Assembly: GCF_006345805.1 (NCBI RefSeq)
Contig: NC_043011.1
Location: 33,244,464 to 33,308,463 of the forward strand
Length of the DNA stretch: 64,000 bases
Direction: 5' to 3'
Source: Octopus sinensis
Lineage: Eukaryota
Both the position numbers and the translations under genes were made by a program. A model generated the notes under the pieces. That model was not told where the DNA came from. It did not search any database and saw only the letters and a program-made list of their open reading frames with translations. Below are positions 23,350-35,269 of this stretch, piece after piece; position 1 is the stretch's first letter; each line of letters begins with the position of its first letter.

Positions 23350-23802
23350 ATCTTTATCTCGATTTGAATGTACCTGAAGGTATTTAAAATGCCCAAACTT
23401 ATTTCTGCAAATGTGCTAAGCACTGATGCTGATCATAGTTTAACCAATAAGGATAAGAGCGAGGTAAATACAGTAAAAATAGGGTGGGGGTCAGTGGGGT
23501 CCCATTTAAGTGGCCCTTCAGAAATTGGACCTCCTTACCATATTCCCTGGTTGTTCATGGTATGAAATACATTGCCATTGCTCGATTTGGTCGCCAATGC
23601 CATGTATTTAGTTTAAAGTGCAGTAAAAATAGTGCGGTCAGTGGGGGCCCCATTTAGGCGCCCCTTAAAAAAAAAAGACATTCCCTGGGATTAGGGGAGT
23701 TGCTGGTTTGAGTTTCGTTGTCCTTGCACCATCGGTTTAGGAAGAATTAACGAACATAAAAACGTAACGGACAGAGAAACATCACTCAAATTTATTTAAA
23801 GA
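23350..23802 (-). mobile_element. Possible non-autonomous Helitron with an internal ~150-bp tandem repeat
   Basis: Minus-strand A|TCTTTAAATAAA start at 23802; two copies of CAGTAAAAATAG..GGTCAGTGGGG.CCCATTTA; 3' end not located. Confidence 0.35.
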
Positions 23803-24980
23803 TAGGGTGTTATCTAAAAGCGAATTGTTTGTTATTTCTAGCGGAGCGAGCGAGCGACTCGTAAAAGTACTCCACCCTCGTGTTATTATGTGTTATTATT
23901 TAGCCCCTAAAATCATAGACTTGCTGACAATGCAGACCTATAATTTTAATCGTTCAGGTGATGATGGCTACCTCGTTTTTAATCTGTGAATTTAATCTGG
24001 TGATTTAGCTACTACATGTGTATCTAGCATATCGGGTGTCCACTTAGAGATTCCCTCGTTGGCTCGTCGTATATAATGATGAGGTGTGCTCGTATGTAGT
24101 CAAGCGGAAACACACAATGAATGAATGGATGGCTGGCTGGTATGAAAGCGAAAAGAAACAAAGAGAGCGAACGAAGTTTGTATTTTCTTGTGGTGGGGTA
24201 TATTATCCCTAAGACTTAGAGCAGCTCTATGTATGTATGCGTGTGTGTGTGTGTACACACACACACATACACATATGCGCGCACACATCATCGTTTTTTG
24301 ATTCTGAAAATTGTATAATATTCAGCTCAACACAGTTGATTATCTTCCTAGAGAAAAAAAAATAACTTGGATCTTTTATCAATTTGGAGAGAATAAACTT
24401 ACCAGTCAAGTATCGGGTCGATTTAATATCCCTGTATAATATGTGAGATGTGAATGGAATTACAATCTTAGACATACATTATTCGCAACATAAATACGAC
24501 ATATAATAGCAGGTGACGACTTTACGAAAGTTGTTTATTTAAATGCCTGTGAACTTCGCTTGCTGTCACTTGCTGTTGGTGATGTTATTGTTAGTATTTA
24601 TTGCTTAGTCTTTCAGTAAACACATTCAGACACGTGTCGATTAAACGGCCTTCTTTTCCGTTTCCCCTCTTTATATATATTTCCCCCCCTTTAAAACTCT
24701 CCTCCTCTCTGTATCCATGGTTTATTGTTTCTTCTTTCTGTCTCTCTCGTATTTATTTTTAATTTTGTTTCTTCCTTTCTCCGTTTCTGCTACAGTAGTC
24801 AAAAGACCTTATGAATCATTTCTGTACAAGTCTTCGTCAGTCCCTTTTTAAAAAACACGTGGTTGAACACAATAGAAGACTAAAGCTTGAAATTGTGTGC
24901 ACCTCTCATTTGCAATCTATTCATAATCTGGCTTAATGATAATAGTGGTCGCCTTCAACAATAAGTGATAGTAATAAATA

Positions 24981-25193
24981 TTTCAAATGTTGGCACAAGG
25001 CTAGCAATTTCGGGGGAGGGGGACGAGTCAATTACATCGCTTTCAGTACTCCACTAGATCCCTTATTTTATCGACCCCGGAAGAATGAAAGGAAAAGTCG
25101 ACGTCGGCAGAATTTGAACTCAAAACGTAAACACGAACGAAATATCGCTAAGCATTCGGCCCGGTGTTCTAGCGATTCTGCCAGCTTGCCGCC

Positions 25194-25287
<94 letters not shown>

Positions 25288-25882
25288 CATCATCATCATC
25301 ATCATCCTTTCTTCTACAATGGGAAGGGGTATAGTCGATCATATCGACCCAGTACTTGACTGGTACTTATCGACCCCGAAAGGATGAAAGGCAAAATCTA
25401 CCTCGGTGGAATTTGAACTCAGAACATAGCAACAGGTGGAATACTGCAAAGCATTTTGTCTAGCTTGCTAACGATTAGCAAGTTAATGGAACCTATGGAA
25501 AAGGGATATGGAAGAAAACTTTGGATGAAGGTACAAAGGTTGACCTGAAGATGCTGCATCTTGTGGAAGAGATGACAAAGGACTGTGCTGATTGATGTAG
25601 GGTATTGCAGAAAACCCCAGCCTCTCAATTGAAATGTGTTTTAAAAAATGGGATCTGTGTGTTTATATATTGCTTTCAAGATTTGGCACAAGGCCAGCAA
25701 TTTCAGGGGAGGAGTAAGTCGGTTACATCAACCCCAGTGTTCAACTGGTACTTATTTTATTGACTCTGAATGGTAAAAGGTAAAGTCAAGCTTGGTGGTA
25801 TTTGAACTCAGAATGTAAAGCTGGATGAAATGCCGCTAAGCATTTTGCCCAGTATGCTAATGATTCTGCTAGCTCACCACCT
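24981..25882 (-). mobile_element. Three SINE family B copies (about 24981-25193, 25320-25480, 25675-25882) with a trinucleotide microsatellite and a short RTE relic between them
   Basis: The core ATC(G/A)ACCCC..AAAGGATGAAAGG is repeated; 25470-25620 translates to RTE-like WKKTLDEG..DLKMLHLVEEMTKD. Confidence 0.75.
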
Positions 25883-26167
25883 TTCTATGTGTGTGTGTGA
25901 TCATCATTTAGTGTTGGTATTTTATGCTGAAATGTGTTGGATGGTTTGGCAGGATCCAACTGGTTAAAGGACTGAACCAAGCTCCAATATTTTTGTTATA
26001 GTTTCTATGATTAGATACCCTTCCTAACACCAACTAATATATATATATATAATGTGTGTGTGTGTATTTGTACATGTATGTATGGATGTATCCTGTTAAG
26101 CCTATATTTGCTGCTATCCTTTGCACCCTTAATTTCTTATCTGCACAAAGACATTTTTATTTTAAAA

Positions 26168-26453
26168 CTAGCAGTATCGCCCGGCGTTGCTCGGGTTTGT
26201 AAGGGAAATAACTATATAAGTATTTTTAGAGAGTTATAGCAAAAAAATGCATTAAAAATGGGAAAAAAAGTATGGTAAATTTTTTTTTAAATCGTTGACT
26301 CATCGTAGACGCGCGCTAATACCCAGAAGAGATTGATACGAATCACGACTATAAGATACCCGGTTTTGGTTAAACTGCACCGCAAAATGTGGGAGTAGTT
26401 AGGAATCTAAATCGTAGGAGACAGACACACAACTTGACTTTTATATATAAAGA
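26168..26453 (-). mobile_element. Complete non-autonomous Helitron (286 bp)
   Basis: 5' TC at 26453-26452, 3' CTAG at 26171-26168, subterminal hairpin CCCGAGCAACGCCGGG (26195-26180), inserted between A and T with no TSD. Confidence 0.88.
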
Positions 26454-26573
26454 TATATTTAATTTTGCCGTTTCCAATGTCTCCTTTCTTTTGTTAAGAT
26501 GATAGGATGTGATTTGAGAGAGAGATGGTTGCTTTTCTACCAATCTATACTAATCCCATCTGGTGTACGTTAA

Positions 26574-27102
26574 CCTGTTAGCATTTTAACCTGCTATATC
26601 ACGCCCAAATATTCTACCTGTTTTATGTTCAAAGTGAAAGCGCATGGCTCAGTGGTTAGAGCGTTGAGCTTACGATCATGAGGTTGTGAGCTCGAATCCC
26701 GGACCAGGCTGCATGTTGTGTTCTTGAGCAAGACACTTTATTTTACGTTGCTCCAGTTCACTCAGCTGTAGAAATGAGTTGTGATGTCACAGATGCGAAG
26801 CTGTATTGGCCCTTACCTTTCCCTTGGATAACACTGATGGTGTGGAGAGGGGAGGACTTGTGCCTGGGAGGGTAACTTTCTTGGTCCAATCTCTAGGTCA
26901 GTGTCGTGACCAAAGGGGGTCTCAGTTATGTTCAAACCAGCCAGATCTGGCCTCTCACACATACCCTACAATGTAATTCTAAATATTATAAAAAGCCACT
27001 TCATCAAAATGTTGAAGCTATGAGATAATTAATGCATAATTAATTCAACATGATATTGATAAAAAGCATTTCATATGACAGAGTAATCTGAATGCTAAAG
27101 GG
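26574..27102 (-). mobile_element. piggyBac-type MITE (TTAA TSD) interrupted by a SINE D
   Basis: TTAA at 26570-26573 and 27103-27106; termini CC(T/C)(G/T)TTAGCATT; same family as 42635-42841, 55412-55658 and 62153-62576. Confidence 0.82.
26634..26925 (+). mobile_element. SINE family D with an 11-bp TSD
   Basis: TSD TTATGTTCAAA at 26623-26633 and 26926-26936; tRNA head TGGCTCAGTGGTTAGAGC..GCTCGAATCCC. Confidence 0.88.
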
Positions 27103-27228
27103 TTAAAATTCTAGATTACATAAGATGCCTCTTAGATCACATTTTACCATTTTTTTAACCCATTGTTCAAACATTCCCTAAAGCTCTTACCATTTATGCC
27201 AATGACCTTAACTAATAGATATATTATA

Positions 27229-27411
27229 TTCTCGGCATTTTGGCTAAGATCAATGTGTAGTATCTGTTCTTATCAGCTTAATATCTGATACGGTCCCTAT
27301 TTAGGGCCATCGATATTAACTTGATTTTTAGAACGAGGTGAAGTGTTAGGGGCTTGGTCCGACTTTGCCATGGGTTGGCCTGGTATTGCAGTTCTTTCAG
27401 GATTCAGCCCA
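27229..27411 (+). pseudogene. U2: U2 spliceosomal snRNA, near full-length copy, probably a pseudogene
   Basis: TTCTCGGCATTTTGGCTAAGATCAATGTGTAGTATCTGTTCTTATCAGCTTAATATCTGATAC matches the U2 5' domain; Sm site ATTTTTAG; stem IV CCTGGTATTGCAGT..CAGG. Lesions: first 5 nt lost, C>A in stem I, 1-nt insertion before GTAGTA, apparent CpG decay. Confidence 0.9.
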
Positions 27412-27489
27412 TTTCACACCTGGGAGATATCAAATGGTGGTGCATCAGCATAGCTGCAGCTCTGAACTGAAACTACAGAAAAAAAGGTC

Positions 27490-27880
27490 CTGTGTGGTAA
27501 GTAGCTTACTTACCAACTACATGGTTCCAAGTTCAGTCCTACTGCATGGCACCTTGTGCAAGTGTCTTCTACTATAGCCTCGGGCCAACCGAAGCCTTGT
27601 GAGTGGATTTGGTAGACGGAAACTGAAAGAAGCCCGTCATATATATGTGTGTGTGTGTGTGTATGCTTGTGTGTCTATGTTTGTCCCCCCAGCATCGCTT
27701 GACAACCGATGCTGGTGTGTTTACGTCTCCATAACTTAGCGGTTCGGCAAAAGAGACCAATAGAATAAGTACTAGGCTTACAAAGAATAAGTCCTGGGGT
27801 CGATTTGCTCGACTAAAGGCAGTGCTCCAACATGGCCACAGTCAAATGACTGAAACAAGTAATAGAGTAAAAGAGAGAGT
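27490..27880 (+). mobile_element. SINE family A
   Basis: Homology to 6921-7313. Confidence 0.9.
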
Positions 27881-28151
27881 GTGTAATGGTGATTATGATT
27901 CTTTTTACCATGGTTATAATTGTAACAATAATCAGATGAATGTCTCTGGCATCCCTGCCACCTTTCCTAAATCTTTGCCGAATAGTAATTTTGATGATGA
28001 TGGCAATAGTGACAATAATGATAATGAATTATGGCAACAATGCTGACAAAGACTGGTAATGATGACAAGAACAGCAGTGATGACGATGATGATGATGATG
28101 GTAATAATGGTGGCCAAAATGATAATGATGATGATGATGCTAATATAAGTA

Positions 28152-28717
28152 TTGGGTTGTCCGGAAAGTTTGTGCCGATTTATAGTAGCTTACCTTTCAA
28201 CTTATTTTAGAACATAGTTGAGTCCATAAAATAGGATTTGACTACACCTCCATTTAGAGCATAGTTTAAGCTATCTTTTCATGGAAGAAAGTTTATGTTC
28301 CTATAACTTGTGTTAATTCTGTAACCCTTTTAAATGGGAGTTAAGAAGGTTCATTTTCGGCACTTGATATTTTGGGAACCAGACAAAAATTGCTGCAGCT
28401 CGGCTGGGATGTGTTACCCCACCCTCCATATTCACCAGATATTGCTCCTTCAAATATCCATTTATTCAGGTCTCTGCAGAATAGTCTTAATGGTAAAAAT
28501 CTCAATTCCTTGGATGACGTAAAAAGATACCTTGATGAATTCTTTGCCATGAAACCACCTCAATTTTGGGAAGAGGGTATTTTCAAGTTAAAGGAAAGAT
28601 GGAGACATATTGTGCAACAAAATGGTTCATATTTGGTTGATTCAAAATTTAATGGCAAGTATTCATTGACCATTTTCTTTCCTTTAAAAATCGTCACAAA
28701 CTTTCCAGACAAACCAA
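28152..28717 (+). mobile_element. Internally deleted mariner (DD34D-type)
   Basis: TA TSDs; 23-bp TIR TTGG(G/T)TTGTC(C/T)GGAAAGTTTGTG; C-terminal transposase LPHPPYSPDIAPSNIHLFRSLQNSL...GIFKLKERW. Confidence 0.92.
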
Positions 28718-29529
28718 TATTTATCATGAATTGGCTGAGTTGTTAGAACACCAAGGAGAATGTTTTTTCTGACTTAATGTGCTCTGAGTTCAAATCCTGC
28801 CAAGGTCAACTTTGTATTTTATCTTTTTAGGGGTTGATAAATGAGCCACCAATTCTCGACAGTGAATTAGCAGAATTGTTGGAACATCACACAAAGTACC
28901 TGGTGGTATTTTTTCTGGTTCTTTACAATTTCAGATTCTACCCAGCTATGCAAATCTGATTGATGACTATGGTCTACTAACTCGACCATGGAGTGACAAA
29001 TTGATTATGAAAGCTGTTATGGGTTGAGAAACATTGTGGCCATCTGTTGGTGCAGTTGAATGATAACAATGAATTGTAATATTAATTAGAATAACAATGG
29101 AATAATCAGAAGAAATAAGTTCTCTCCCATTCATGCCAACTTTCTTAAATCAATAGATATTGGTAATGATTATAACAATGATGATGATGATTATCATGAT
29201 GTTTGTAACAATAATCTGAAGAATTAATCAATATGAAAAATCAAAAGAAATATTTTTAGTGTCTTCATGTTGATGGCTGAAGTCACTAGCTTTCAGTATA
29301 TAATTGCGATGATGCTGATGGTAATGAAAATATCAATGATAATAGTAATAATAATAATAATAATAATAAGAAGAAGAAGAAGAATTATGATGTAACTGTA
29401 ACAACAATCAAAAGAATAACAGACTATTCTGATAGAGGAAGTTCTCAGCCATCCATGCCAACTTTTAGAAATCATTGGCTATATAATTAATGATAATAAT
29501 ACCTACTGCAATAATGATAATGAGGAGGA

Positions 29530-30146
29530 AGTTTTTAACAATGAAGTTTATGAATTATTTTAATAATTATTTAATGAAATAATTCAAGTTATTATTTTGC
29601 TACTTTAAAAATTTTAATAATGGTGGTGATTTGTTTTATGGGCCAGAGGGTTGCGACAAGCTGGGGACAGTATCAAAAGTGAAATACAAAATAAAGCAAG
29701 AAACTAGTGATTTACATTGAGTAGAAGGATGCGCTGAATACAACAGTAAAGACACTCCAATAAATAGATAATAAAGAGCAATAACAACATATAGGAATGA
29801 AATAAAACAAAGAAAGGGCCCTTGAATTAGAGGCAGTCACCTCTTACATCTGGCTAGTTAAAACTAGCCAGATCCAACTTCTCACACCAATGATACAATG
29901 TTAGTTTAAAAACAGACAATCCTCTCCTCAAAATTTCAAAGCTATGAGATAATGCATAACTAAAGAAAATGTGTCTTGCTTTCTTTTGTATTTCGCTTTT
30001 GATACTGTTTCCAGCTTGTTGCAACCCTCTAGCCCATAAAAGAGATCATCATCATTATTAAAATTTTTAAAGTAGTAAAATAATAGCTTAAATTACTTCA
30101 TGAAATAATTATTAAAATAATTCATAAACTTCATTTGTTAAAAACT
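29530..30146. repeat. Long inverted repeat (~175-bp arms, ~270-bp spacer)
   Basis: 29530-29705 is the reverse complement of 29972-30146 with scattered mismatches. Confidence 0.85.
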
Positions 30147-30712
30147 TTAAAGGTATTACATTTGACAGAGAAAACAGTCAACTGAATACTAAAGGGTTAA
30201 ACACAACCCAATTTTAGCTGTACATATTCAAGAAAAAATGCTTTTGACGCACAAAAGCTTATGGAGGCCCAACTTCACACATAGGAGAACCGAGGGTAAT
30301 TTTTTTTTTTTTGAGACATTGTTTGGGGAGAAAAAGGGCATTGTATATACCATCAAATATGGTACATTGCAATAAATCTAAGAGGGACATAATCAGTTAA
30401 AATGATCTTTAAGAATAGAATAAAATCAGAAAAGCATGAATTTCGTATACCATTCATATTTCATGTTCAACAGCTTTTGCAAAAGAGGTTGAATGAATAA
30501 GATTGTTTTGCATTTTATGTGGTCAATTAGTTTCGATATACCAGATTTCATACTAAAGGTATTAGTCAACTAAGCTCTGAGTATAAGATTCCTGCTCCAA
30601 GTGCTTTGCTGTAGAACTGAATCAAGAGCTTCATGGTTGTTAAACAAGCTTTTTAACCATACAGCTATGCTTGTACTTTATTTCAGAGAAATTCAAATAT
30701 TTTTTTCATTTG

Positions 30713-30749
<37 letters not shown>

Positions 30750-31143
30750 TTTTTAACTTTGGCACAAGGCCTGCAATTTAGGGGAGGGGATAAATTGATT
30801 ACATCGACCCCAGTGTTAAACTGATATTTATTTTATCAACCCCAAAAGGATAAAAGGCAAAGTCAACCTCAGCAGAATTCGAACTCAGAACATAAAGACT
30901 GAAATGCTAAGCATTTTGACTGGCATGCTTATGATTCTACCAGTTCAACTATAGGGGCACAAGGCCTGAAATTTTAGTGGGAGGAGTCTAATCAATTACA
31001 TCAAGCCCAATATGCAACTTTATCAGCCCTGAAAGATGAAAAGCAAAGTCGATCTTTTTGGGATGTGAACTCAGAATGTAAAGGTGAGCTAAAAGCTGTT
31101 AAGCATTTTGTCCAGTATGCTAATAATTCTGCCAGCTCACCTT
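30750..31143 (-). mobile_element. Two tandem SINE family B copies
   Basis: GGCACAAGGCCTG...GCTAAGCATTTTG is repeated; CpG sites are decayed. Confidence 0.8.
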
Positions 31144-31184
31144 GTTAAGTATAATAATAGTAATAATAAAAACAATGTACCTCT

Positions 31185-31440
31185 AAAAAAAATGTAGAAA
31201 ATGCCAAAATATAAAGATCTGAAAATATAAATAAACTGAGTGTGGCATCTGAAAACAAAGAATCCTGAAAATAATGAGTGCTCTTAGAATGATCAAAAAT
31301 GTGTTGAGAAGGTCATAACCAAAAGCCCAGAACTTATTAATATACAGAAAATAGTACTGTTAGGCATTGCACTCACCTTATGTAGTACACTTTCAATACA
31401 GTAAAAATAAGAGCATCAGAACAAACCTTAGCATATACCC
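31185..31440 (+). mobile_element. Decayed 3' end of an R4-type LINE
   Basis: Frameshifted KYKDLKI..VWHLKT...IQKIVLLG, typical of REL-endonuclease LINE C-termini. Confidence 0.55.
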
Positions 31441-31447
31441 AAGGTAC

Positions 31448-31800
31448 ATGTGGTAAGATGTTTGCTTACCAACCACATAATTCCTGGTTCAGTCCCATTG
31501 TGTGGCATCTTGGGCAAGTATCTTTTACTATAGCCTCAGGTTGACCAAAGCTTGTTAGTGGATCTGGCAGATGGCAATTGAAAGAGGTCCTATGTGTGTG
31601 TTTTGGTCCCCCACCACTGCTTGACCACTGGTATTGGTTTGGTTATGTCCTTGTAACTTAGTGGTTTGGCAAAAGAGACCAATATAATAAGACTAGGGTT
31701 AAAAACAAAAGTACTGGAGTTGATTCATTTAACTAAAAAATTTTCAGAACTGTGCTCTGGCATGGCCACAGTCTAATGACTGAAACGAATAAAAGATTAA
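31448..31800 (+). mobile_element. SINE family A, diverged
   Basis: Homology to 6921-7313 with CpG decay. Confidence 0.8.
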
Positions 31801-32148
31801 ATATAAAATAAAAATTTGATTTCCTCTACCATCTGGCTAGGAAATGATTTTTTTTCTTATCAATCTGTCTGTCTGTCTTTCTTTTCTTGTTTGCTTTCCT
31901 GCCTTTTAGTTTCTCTACATTCTTCTCTCTTTCTTTCTTTCTCCTAGAGTTATCTTTTCATTCTTAGACATTAGATTCTTTGCATTCAGAATTTTTTTGT
32001 TAAGTGTTTGTCTTCCTCTAGCAGGTGTAATATTCATAGTTGGCTCCCACTTTTATAAAAGGGTTGTGTTTTCTTATTCACATGAATTGCTGACTCTCTT
32101 TTGAGTTTCATTGTATCTGAATCTTTACTCAATTCAAATATATATATA

Positions 32149-33380
32149 CAGGGTGTCCCAAAAAAATGTATGCACACTTTAAACAATTGTAAAGTAGTTG
32201 TTTATTAAAAGACACTTCATTTTCAAAATTTAATAGAATCTACAGACATTATTTTATTGTTTTGTCAATGCCTGTTTTCAAACTGATGTCCGGTCTGGTC
32301 CAGGCACTGCTGACAACGCAAAGGAATGGAATCACAAATATCACAAAAGAATTTGTTTGGTATTTGTGTGCACTCTCGTCCAATGGCTGCTCTCAAATCA
32401 GCGACTTGTAGGTTTCATAGCGTAGAATTTGTCTTTAAGGTATCCCCATAAAAAAGTTTAGTGGTGTGAGGTCTGGTGAATTCAACCATACCTCTTCATC
32501 CAATCCACCTGTTTAGCAAGATCTCATCAAGGAAGGATCTAACATAGCAATGGTAGTGTGGGGGTGCCCCATCTTGCTGAAAATAAAACTCCTCATCTTC
32601 AAAGTCTTCTCTAATGCTTGGCATAACAGACTGTTGCAACAAGTTCAAGTAAACAGGACCAGTCACAGTAGCATAACAAAAGAATGGTCCAATTAATCCT
32701 CTTGATGATAAACCACACCACGCAAATATCAAATTAACATGGTGTTTCACCATAACATGCAGATTCTCAGGACCTCAGTAGGTGCAATTGTGGCAGTTAA
32801 TTGAACCATTTAATTTGAATGTGGCTTCATCACTCCACACAATCTTTGTTGGAAAGTGTGCAGCTTCTACACATCGTTCCAAGTACCACTCGCAATGCTG
32901 CACCCTTTCGTCTGGATCATCATCATTAATAGCATGGACTAATCTTGGAATGTAACTTTTCCATTGACAATGCATTGGACAGATGATTTTGGAATACCTA
33001 CCTCATGACTGGCTTTGCCGCACAGATTTTCTTGGACTTTGGTGATTCATTTCCAGTACTCCTTGCTTTGTTGGGGTTGTTGATGTTGGGGGTCTTCTGG
33101 AATGCTTATCGTGGACATTCTGAACAGTTCCATCAGCTTCAAACTTATCTCTAATTCAAGTGATAGGGAGTTGCATTGGTGGATCTGTTTGAAACTCCCT
33201 CCCCAACTGTTTTTGCACTTCAACTGCATTTTCGTACTTCCAGTATCATTTTAGAATGAATTTTCTTTGTTCAAAGCTTAATCTGACTGCCATCATTAAA
33301 TCTTATAGGTTTCATCTGGAAAGAAAAAATATCAATTGAGTTATCAGCTGCTAAAGTGTGTATACATTTTTTGGGACACC

Positions 33381-33383
<3 letters not shown>
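32149..33383 (-). mobile_element. Near full-length decayed Tc1/mariner element, rosa (DD41D)-like
   Basis: TA-flanked TIRs CAGGGTGTCCCAAAAAA(A)TGTAT(G/A)CACACTTT; remnants [28 protein letters not shown] and [12 protein letters not shown]. Confidence 0.9.
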
Positions 33384-33426
<43 letters not shown>

Positions 33427-33428
<2 letters not shown>

Positions 33429-33769
33429 AGAAAAAAAAAAGGAAATGGAGATTGGGAAGTTAATAATTGCTTATTATTAACAGCAAATTAATCGTCTTCA
33501 CTTACAGCTGTAAATATTAAATAAATTTTATATTTACATGACTTGAGCATAATATCTTCAGAGGGAAAAATATATATTCATTATAGTAGACAATGAATCC
33601 ACAAACACACATAAAACATCCAAAAGTATATTTTGTCCTCTAAAGATATGCTCAGGCCTTATAAATTTAATATTTACTATTAATTGAAACAGCTGTAAGA
33701 TAATTAATTAGCTGTTAATAATAAACAATTATTAACTTCCCAATTTTCTTTTCTTTTTCTTTTTTTTTT
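33427..33769. mobile_element. Fold-back element F2 with HHR-like parts in both arms
   Basis: ATTGGGAAGTTAATAATTG..TTATTATTAACAGC is inverted; right arm has CTAAAGA...GAAACAGCTGTA, left arm (minus) has CTGAAGA...ACAGCTGTA; TA runs flank it. Confidence 0.65.
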
Positions 33770-33903
33770 ATATGAATATAAACTATGTTTTCATATATAT
33801 ACACCTGTTATTTTAAGGAAATTGATTCCCCCAAAATACTAAGTATTGAACCAGTATTTCTTTGGATGAAACCATCTCTTCATGAGGTTTAGCACAACCT
33901 CTA

Positions 33904-33947
<44 letters not shown>

Positions 33948-33989
33948 TACATCTGTCTGTGTATTGTAGATATTGTGTGTGTATGTGTA

Positions 33990-34480
33990 TATGTGTACAC
34001 ACACACACAGTGGACTGGCAGGATGATAGACTAGAAGCTGAAGTTCTTTGCCATGTCTGGTATGTTCTTTTATACTGTGAGTTCACAAGCATGCCAAGGT
34101 CAACTGTAAATATCAAATCAATATTTACAGGATGATCAAACCATTTCATAAGATATTTATCAGATTGTTGAGATAGAAATAAGTAATGTTGAAATGTGAA
34201 AGGATATACATGCATTCATATGTATATACAGGAGATACGTTCCTAAGCAATTGTTTTAGGTTGAGTTGCAGCATGGTAAACATCCAGGACATAAACTTAA
34301 GAAACATTTTAGGGATATCATCAAACATGGCCTGAAGGCTCTTTATGTGAATGCCAAAGACCGGAAGCTGACAATGGAAAAATCAGTCAGTTTGGAAAAA
34401 AAGTGAGCAATGATGGAACAATGCATTTGAAATATGGCGAATCAAGAGCACTTTGTAAACAGGACCTTGCTTCAATCCAA
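33990..34480 (+). mobile_element. Decayed RTE-type LINE ORF2 C-terminal fragment
   Basis: Translation PKQLF*VELQHGKHPGHKLKKHFRDIIKHGLKAL resembles the RTE motif PKQLxxGELxxGKRxxGxxKKRFxD. Confidence 0.7.
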
Positions 34481-34580
34481 GGCATTTTTGGTTGCCTGAA
34501 AATTTTTAACATCTGTAGTAGGGTCTGTTTGTCTGAAACCAGACTTGATACTCATATGATATCTCATGACAGAATTTACT

Positions 34581-34614
<34 letters not shown>

Positions 34615-35269
34615 CCTTTACTTGTTTCAGTCATTTGACTGTGGCCATGCTGGGGTATCACCTTGAAGAATTTGGTCAAATGAATTGACTCCAGTACGTT
34701 TTATTTTATTTTATTTTTGAAGCCTTACTCTATTGTTTTTTTTTTTTTTGGCAAACTGCTAAAGTTACAGGGCCATAAACAAACCAACACAAGTTGCCAC
34801 ATGATGATGATACACACACACACACATGATGGGCTTCATTCAGTTTCTCTCTACCGAATCCATTCACAAGGCTTTACACAGACACACACATGGCTGCACG
34901 AGTATATGATTAAGAAGTTTGCTTTTATATCCTGGCTTTGTTGAAACACTGTTTACTCTTCAATTCTACCTGGACTTCAGTGAAGGTTACTGAGAACAGT
35001 AGAAAGTGTTATGTAAAGCAATTATGTGCAAACCTTTGATGGATTACTCACATTGTAGTTCTACCTGAACTGTGGAAGCTGGGGGTGTCAAGTGTGTGTT
35101 GAAGTCAGAGCTCCTAACCTCTCCTCAGCATTGACTGTTGTGTGTAATTTCTGAAGTCGTGTTTTACATGAAATGGCCCTGTTTCTAACTGAACACAGTG
35201 GATCTCGGGTAGTAACTCCTAACTACAAATCCTACACATATACGTATATATATACATATCATATACACA

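Noticed and set aside
24397-24431. Minus-strand mini-exon with a GTAAGT donor
   Set aside because: The sequence ATCGACCCGATACTTGACTGGTA matches the SINE core, so it is probably a repeat remnant.
34260-34406. Exon-like ORF VELQHGKHPGHKLKKHFRDIIKHGLKALYVNAKDRKL after a good acceptor
   Set aside because: Read with upstream codons it is PKQLF*xELQHGK.., the C-terminal motif of RTE LINE ORF2, so it is not a host exon.
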